Below, in pieces: positions 60,459-64,000 of a stretch of 64,000 nucleotides of DNA; the stretch's first letter is position 1; every line of letters begins with the position of its first letter. Made by a program: the position numbers and the translations under genes. Source of the DNA: Flavobacteriales bacterium. Its GTDB lineage: Bacteria > Bacteroidota > Bacteroidia > Palsa-965. The notes under the pieces are model-generated. The model did not search any database, was not told the DNA's origin, and was given only the letters and a program-made list of their open reading frames with translations. The stretch spans positions 27,653-91,652 of the forward strand of contig JBEIPA010000012.1 in NCBI GenBank assembly GCA_040377305.1, read 5' to 3'.

Positions 60459-61091
60459 TTACCAGAGATGTTCCGTCTCACCCAAACCTTGTCGCACAAC
60501 AGCACATGCACCACCGGCCGCATCAATAATGGTTGAAACCTGATTGTGGCAATACCCGCCGTTGATTACAAGCTGCACTTCATCGCGATCCTGAAACTTC
60601 TCGTAAACGGCATCCGGATCAGCGAAAAATTCTTCGAGCTCTTCTTCCGACTGATGTGCAGAAGAGGATACAATCGGATTGCCCAACTCTTTCACAATCT
60701 CACTCACGATTTTATTGTCTGGTACACGGATTCCGATCGTCTTTTTCTTGTGCAGAAAGAACTTCGGAACTTTTTGATTCGCATCAAGAATGAACGTGTA
60801 CGGACCAGGAAGTGCTTTCTTCAGGACACGAAACACTGGTGTCTTTATCGGTGTTGTGAAATCCGCCAGATGTGAAAGATCATGGCAGATGATGGAGAAA
60901 TTCGCTTGCGTCACTGGAATGTTCTTCAGCTTGCACAAATTCTCAAGCGCTTTTGGTTGCATGATGTCGCAGCCGATCCCGTAAACCGTATCAGTAGGGT
61001 AGACGATGATTCCACCCGAACGCAAAATATTCGCAGCACGAATAATTTGATCGTGATCGGGTTTATCTGGATTGAGATAGATTAAAGCCAT
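60459..61091 (-). CDS. tsaC: L-threonylcarbamoyladenylate synthase (YrdC/TsaC type)
   Basis: 210 aa. GGIIVYPTDTVYGIGCD, GPYTFIL, IGIRVPD and SSA motifs. Confidence 0.85.
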   Translation of the reverse strand: MALIYLNPDKPDHDQIIRAANILRSGGIIVYPTDTVYGIGCDIMQPKALENLCKLKNIPVTQANFSIICHDLSHLADFTTPIKTPVFRVLKKALPGPYTFILDANQKVPKFFLHKKKTIGIRVPDNKIVSEIVKELGNPIVSSSAHQSEEELEEFFADPDAVYEKFQDRDEVQLVINGGYCHNQVSTIIDAAGGACAVVRQGLGETEHLW

Positions 61092-61115
61092 CGGTACTTC
61101 TTCTACGACTTCGGT

Positions 61116-61150
61116 AATTTGAAGATTCTAAAATTCGAAGATTTGAAAAT
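61116..61150. repeat. copy of the TTTGAAGATTCGAA-type intergenic repeat family
   Basis: AATTTGAAGATTCTAAAATTCGAAGATTTGAAAAT. Confidence 0.55.
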
Positions 61151-61194
61151 ACCGGGGGTTAATTGGAACGATTAGCCAGCTTTCAACCGGTAAT

Positions 61195-61223
61195 CGAATT
61201 TTCAAATCTTCAAATATTCGAAT
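61195..61223. repeat. copy of the TTTGAAGATTCGAA-type repeat family, inverted
   Basis: CGAATTTTCAAATCTTCAAATATTCGAAT. Confidence 0.55.
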
Positions 61224-61232
61224 AGATTGATG

Positions 61233-61886
61233 TTATGCGAACTTCTTCGCGTCAATCAGGAACTGTGCAAGCCCGGTGTCGGTTAGCGGATGCTTCAACA
61301 AAGCAGTGATCGCACTCAAAGGACATGTTGCAACATCAGCTCCGATTTTCGCGCACTCAATAATGTGCATCGGGTGACGAACTGAAGCAGCGAGAATTTC
61401 TGTGCGGTATCCGTAGTTGTCGTAAATGGTTCTGATCTCTTCAATCAAAGCAAGTCCATTTACAGAAACATCATCCAATCGACCAATGAAAGGCGACACA
61501 TAAGAAGCTCCGGCTTTAGCAGCGAGCAATGCTTGTCCTGAAGAAAACACGAGTGTGCAGTTCGTGCGGATTCCTTTATCACTGAAATAGCGGATCGCAC
61601 GAATGCCGTCTTTTATCATCGGAACTTTCACCACAATCTGGTTGTGCAGCTTCGCGAGCTCTTCACCTTCTTTAATGATGGTTTCGTAATCAGTTGCAAT
61701 TACTTCTGCACTCACATCACCAGTTACGATGTTGCAAATGTCGACGTAATGTTTCATCACCGCTTCTTTTCCGGAGATTCCAACTTTAGCCATGAGAGAT
61801 GGGTTAGTTGTTACTCCGTCGAGCACACCTAATTCCTGTGCTTCTTTAATTTGTGCGAGATCTGCGGTATCGATGAAAAATTTCAT
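61233..61886 (-). CDS. fsa: fructose-6-phosphate aldolase / short transaldolase (type 3B)
   Basis: 217 aa. [31 protein letters not shown] and the Schiff-base Lys region VKVP. Confidence 0.9.
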   Translation of the reverse strand: MKFFIDTADLAQIKEAQELGVLDGVTTNPSLMAKVGISGKEAVMKHYVDICNIVTGDVSAEVIATDYETIIKEGEELAKLHNQIVVKVPMIKDGIRAIRYFSDKGIRTNCTLVFSSGQALLAAKAGASYVSPFIGRLDDVSVNGLALIEEIRTIYDNYGYRTEILAASVRHPMHIIECAKIGADVATCPLSAITALLKHPLTDTGLAQFLIDAKKFA

Positions 61887-61920
61887 AGTTGTGTGTTTTT
61901 ACGAATGCGAAATTACTCAT

Positions 61921-62053
61921 AGTTCCCGGTTCTCAGTTCCCGGTTTCCGGTTGAGCGAAGTGCTATTGTCAACAATATTTGAACACAAGTTGAGCGTAAT
62001 GAGGAGATTCATTCATAATACGCGAAACAGGGATCTGAGAACCGGAAACTACT
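61921..62053. repeat. inverted GGTTCTCAGTTC-type short repeats
   Basis: AGTTCCCGGTTCTCAGTTCCCGGTTTCCGGTTGAG faces GATCTGAGAACCGGAAACTAC. Confidence 0.5.
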
Positions 62054-62648
62054 TGTAGATCTCGTAGTATACGCAGTCCATGAGTATTCCATCATGTGAA
62101 CGAAAATCGCGTTTCGCCAGACCAATTTCACTCGCATTTAGCTTTTTCGCAATTGCAACAGAAGCTTTATTCTCCGGCCAGATACGCATGGTGATTTTCT
62201 CCAGCTTCAATTTCGCAAAACCCCAATCGGAAAACGCCTTCGCGACTTTGGTTCCCAATCCTTTTCCGGTGCGCGATTTCTCAATGAAATATCCCATGTC
62301 GCATTTCGGTACAGTCCAATCGAACTTGGTGAAAAGAACATGACCAAATAATCTTTCAGTTAGTGGATCAAACACACCGCAAACCACAATCAGTCCCGAT
62401 TTACGCTCGGCTTGTTTCTGCAGAATATATTTTCGTGTGCGCATCACCGTACTCGTGCCAGCAACCGATAGAGGAAACGTATGTAACAGATCCGCTTGAT
62501 TTGCCTTCATCATGCGATGCAAAGGATGTGTATCGCCCATTGCATACGGACGAATTACAAAGTCTGGGGTTTCGAGAACTGGGGCTGGGATGTTCACGTA
62601 TGGGCAAAAAAAAGTGGGTAAGCTACTCATATCGCACCGCTCAACCAC
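62049..62648 (-). CDS. GNAT family N-acetyltransferase (RimJ/RimL-like)
   Basis: 199 aa. The motif A region is GKGLGTKVAKAFSDWGF. Confidence 0.7.
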   Translation of the reverse strand: MVERCDMSSLPTFFCPYVNIPAPVLETPDFVIRPYAMGDTHPLHRMMKANQADLLHTFPLSVAGTSTVMRTRKYILQKQAERKSGLIVVCGVFDPLTERLFGHVLFTKFDWTVPKCDMGYFIEKSRTGKGLGTKVAKAFSDWGFAKLKLEKITMRIWPENKASVAIAKKLNASEIGLAKRDFRSHDGILMDCVYYEIYK

Positions 62649-62833
62649 CTACCCTTGCTCCCTTCCGGACCTGGGGGATTCAGCAGGAGCTGGTCGTATA
62701 AGACTTACCCGGCACAAAAGTAGCAAAAGTGTGCAGTTTATCGTGCGCCGTACACAGTATTTTATTTTCCATGCTGCCAATTACCGTGAACTGCGCACTG
62801 TTTCCCTCGCACTGCGTACTTTTAGGTCGCTAG

Positions 62834-63628
62834 ATGATTGAGCCATTGAATATTCGCACAGTAGATGTTACCCGCTATATCGCACCGTTGCGGGAAGGTG
62901 GATCACTGCCTGCGATAGCGGAAGCTGACGATCATTTCAAATACGTTTTAAAATTCCGGGGCGCCGGACATGGCACTAAAGCATTGATCGCCGAGTTTAT
63001 TGGCTCTGAAGTTGCGCGGGCACTCGGTTTTCGTGTTCCGGAAGTTGTATTTGCCCGCCTTGATGAAGCCTTCGGTCGTACGGAAGGTGATGAAGAGATT
63101 CAGGAATTGCTGCGAAAAAGTCACGGGATCAATCTAGGACTTCATTTTCTTTCCGGCGCCGTTACGTTCGATCCGGTGACGAATAAAATTGATGAGTTAA
63201 CCGCTTCGAAGATTGTATGGCTGGATGCTTTTCTCACGAACATCGACCGCACATTCCGCAATACAAATATGCTGATGTGGAACAAGGAACTATGGCTCAT
63301 TGATCACGGCGCAGCTTTATATTTTCACCATTCCTGGAGCAATTGGGAAGTTCATGCGAAAAGTGCTTTCGAACTGATCAAGGATCATGTACTTCTTCCA
63401 TCTGCAACACAAATGCAAGAAGCGGATGCAGCATGCCGCGCATTGTTGAATCCTGATTTTTTTACCCGGTTAGTAGATGCATTGCCTGAAGATTGGCTGA
63501 CGTGGGAGGGAAGTGAACTGACGCCAATTGAAATCCGAAAAGTCTACAGCAATTTTTTAGCAATGCGACTCGCGCATTCTTCCATTTTCACTAATGCCGC
63601 AAACGATGCACGGAAAACGCTTGTATGA
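62834..63628 (+). CDS. HipA-like kinase-fold protein
   Basis: 264 aa. DAFLTNIDRTFRNTNMLMWNKELWLIDHGAAL resembles the catalytic-loop and Mg-binding region of HipA/protein-kinase-like folds. Family assignment is tentative. Confidence 0.55.
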   Translation: MIEPLNIRTVDVTRYIAPLREGGSLPAIAEADDHFKYVLKFRGAGHGTKALIAEFIGSEVARALGFRVPEVVFARLDEAFGRTEGDEEIQELLRKSHGINLGLHFLSGAVTFDPVTNKIDELTASKIVWLDAFLTNIDRTFRNTNMLMWNKELWLIDHGAALYFHHSWSNWEVHAKSAFELIKDHVLLPSATQMQEADAACRALLNPDFFTRLVDALPEDWLTWEGSELTPIEIRKVYSNFLAMRLAHSSIFTNAANDARKTLV

Positions 63629-63989
63629 GTATGCGGTGATCCGTTATGTCCCTCGTGTCGAACGGGAGGAGTTTCTTAACGTAGGAGTGATCGTGTTCTG
63701 CAAAGACGAGAAAAAAGTACACGTGTTGTTTCATGTCAATGAGGCACGGCTTCATTCCTTAGCACCGGATGCAGATGTGAAAGAACTCAATGCATACCTC
63801 GAAGCATTTGCGGCAACAGCATCGGGTAGGAAGGAAGGTGGACCCATTGCACGGGAAGATGCTGCGTCGCGTTTCCGTTGGTTGACTGCAGTGCGAAGTT
63901 CTTCGATTCAGACGTCGCGTCCACATCCCGGATTTTCAGGTGATACGGAAAATACTGCTCAGCGTTTGCTGGATGAACTGGTGAAATAA
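63594..63989 (+). CDS. DUF3037 family protein
   Basis: YEYAVIRYVPRVEREEFLNVGVIVFC is the characteristic DUF3037 N-terminus. It overlaps the upstream gene. The true start may be the ATG at 63606. Confidence 0.65.
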   Translation: MPQTMHGKRLYEYAVIRYVPRVEREEFLNVGVIVFCKDEKKVHVLFHVNEARLHSLAPDADVKELNAYLEAFAATASGRKEGGPIAREDAASRFRWLTAVRSSSIQTSRPHPGFSGDTENTAQRLLDELVK

Positions 63990-64000
63990 ATTGCTGTGTC

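Noticed and set aside
1-64000. Search for rRNA, tRNA, prophage or conjugative modules.
   Set aside because: I saw no tRNA-like T-arm (GGTTCGAATCC-type), rRNA, capsid, terminase or relaxase-like sequences. I cannot exclude small RNAs without running covariance models.

Overview
This 64-kb window looks like a Bacteroidota chromosome. Six predicted proteins end in type IX secretion (T9SS) C-terminal sorting domains, and several families of short palindromic repeats sit between genes.

The flanks are ordinary:
- a partial pckA at the left edge
- an MbnP/MbnH-like copper pair followed by a YHYH protein
- saccharopine dehydrogenase, a LOG-family protein, uvrA and an MltD-like transglycosylase
- an exopolysaccharide block (WecA-like transferase, rfbC, Wzc-like kinase, Wza-like exporter, GT4)
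- tsaC, fsa/tal, a GNAT, and a HipA-like/DUF3037 pair

The centre is accessory. Sixteen co-oriented minus-strand ORFs (17.2-28.0 kb), most without a specific functional assignment, are separated by imperfect palindromes bounded by inverse core sites (nnTAAC ... GTTAnn).
- Seven spacers (22.9-26.8 kb) are copies of one ~85-nt unit. The spacer nearest the head (27266-27397) is a 132-nt structural analogue with a different sequence.
- Diverged or partial copies extend the array down to about 17.2 kb.
- The run is headed by a co-oriented tyrosine recombinase (28152-29033). It resembles integron integrases at several segments and in its RSPxD tail, but it has XerC/D-like spacing where IntI proteins carry their specific insertion.

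I read this as an integron-like sedentary cassette array with a non-canonical recombinase. It is the best candidate in the window for something undescribed.

Other items worth a second look:
- an uncharacterised ~90-aa WGREGE module present 1x and 3x in two adjacent lipoproteins
- a 2163-aa T9SS adhesin with an EPN/WND C-type lectin domain and 8 tandem Ig-like repeats
- a three-gene outer-membrane barrel/TSP3/SPOR cluster with long (GGNT)n and (GNT)n coding repeats
- a GRDP-like membrane protein with a Cys/Gly/Ser tail
- tandem membrane-anchored paralogues with SSKS motifs

Everything was read by eye. No folding, HMM or BLAST was run. I recognised no rRNA, tRNA or CRISPR.
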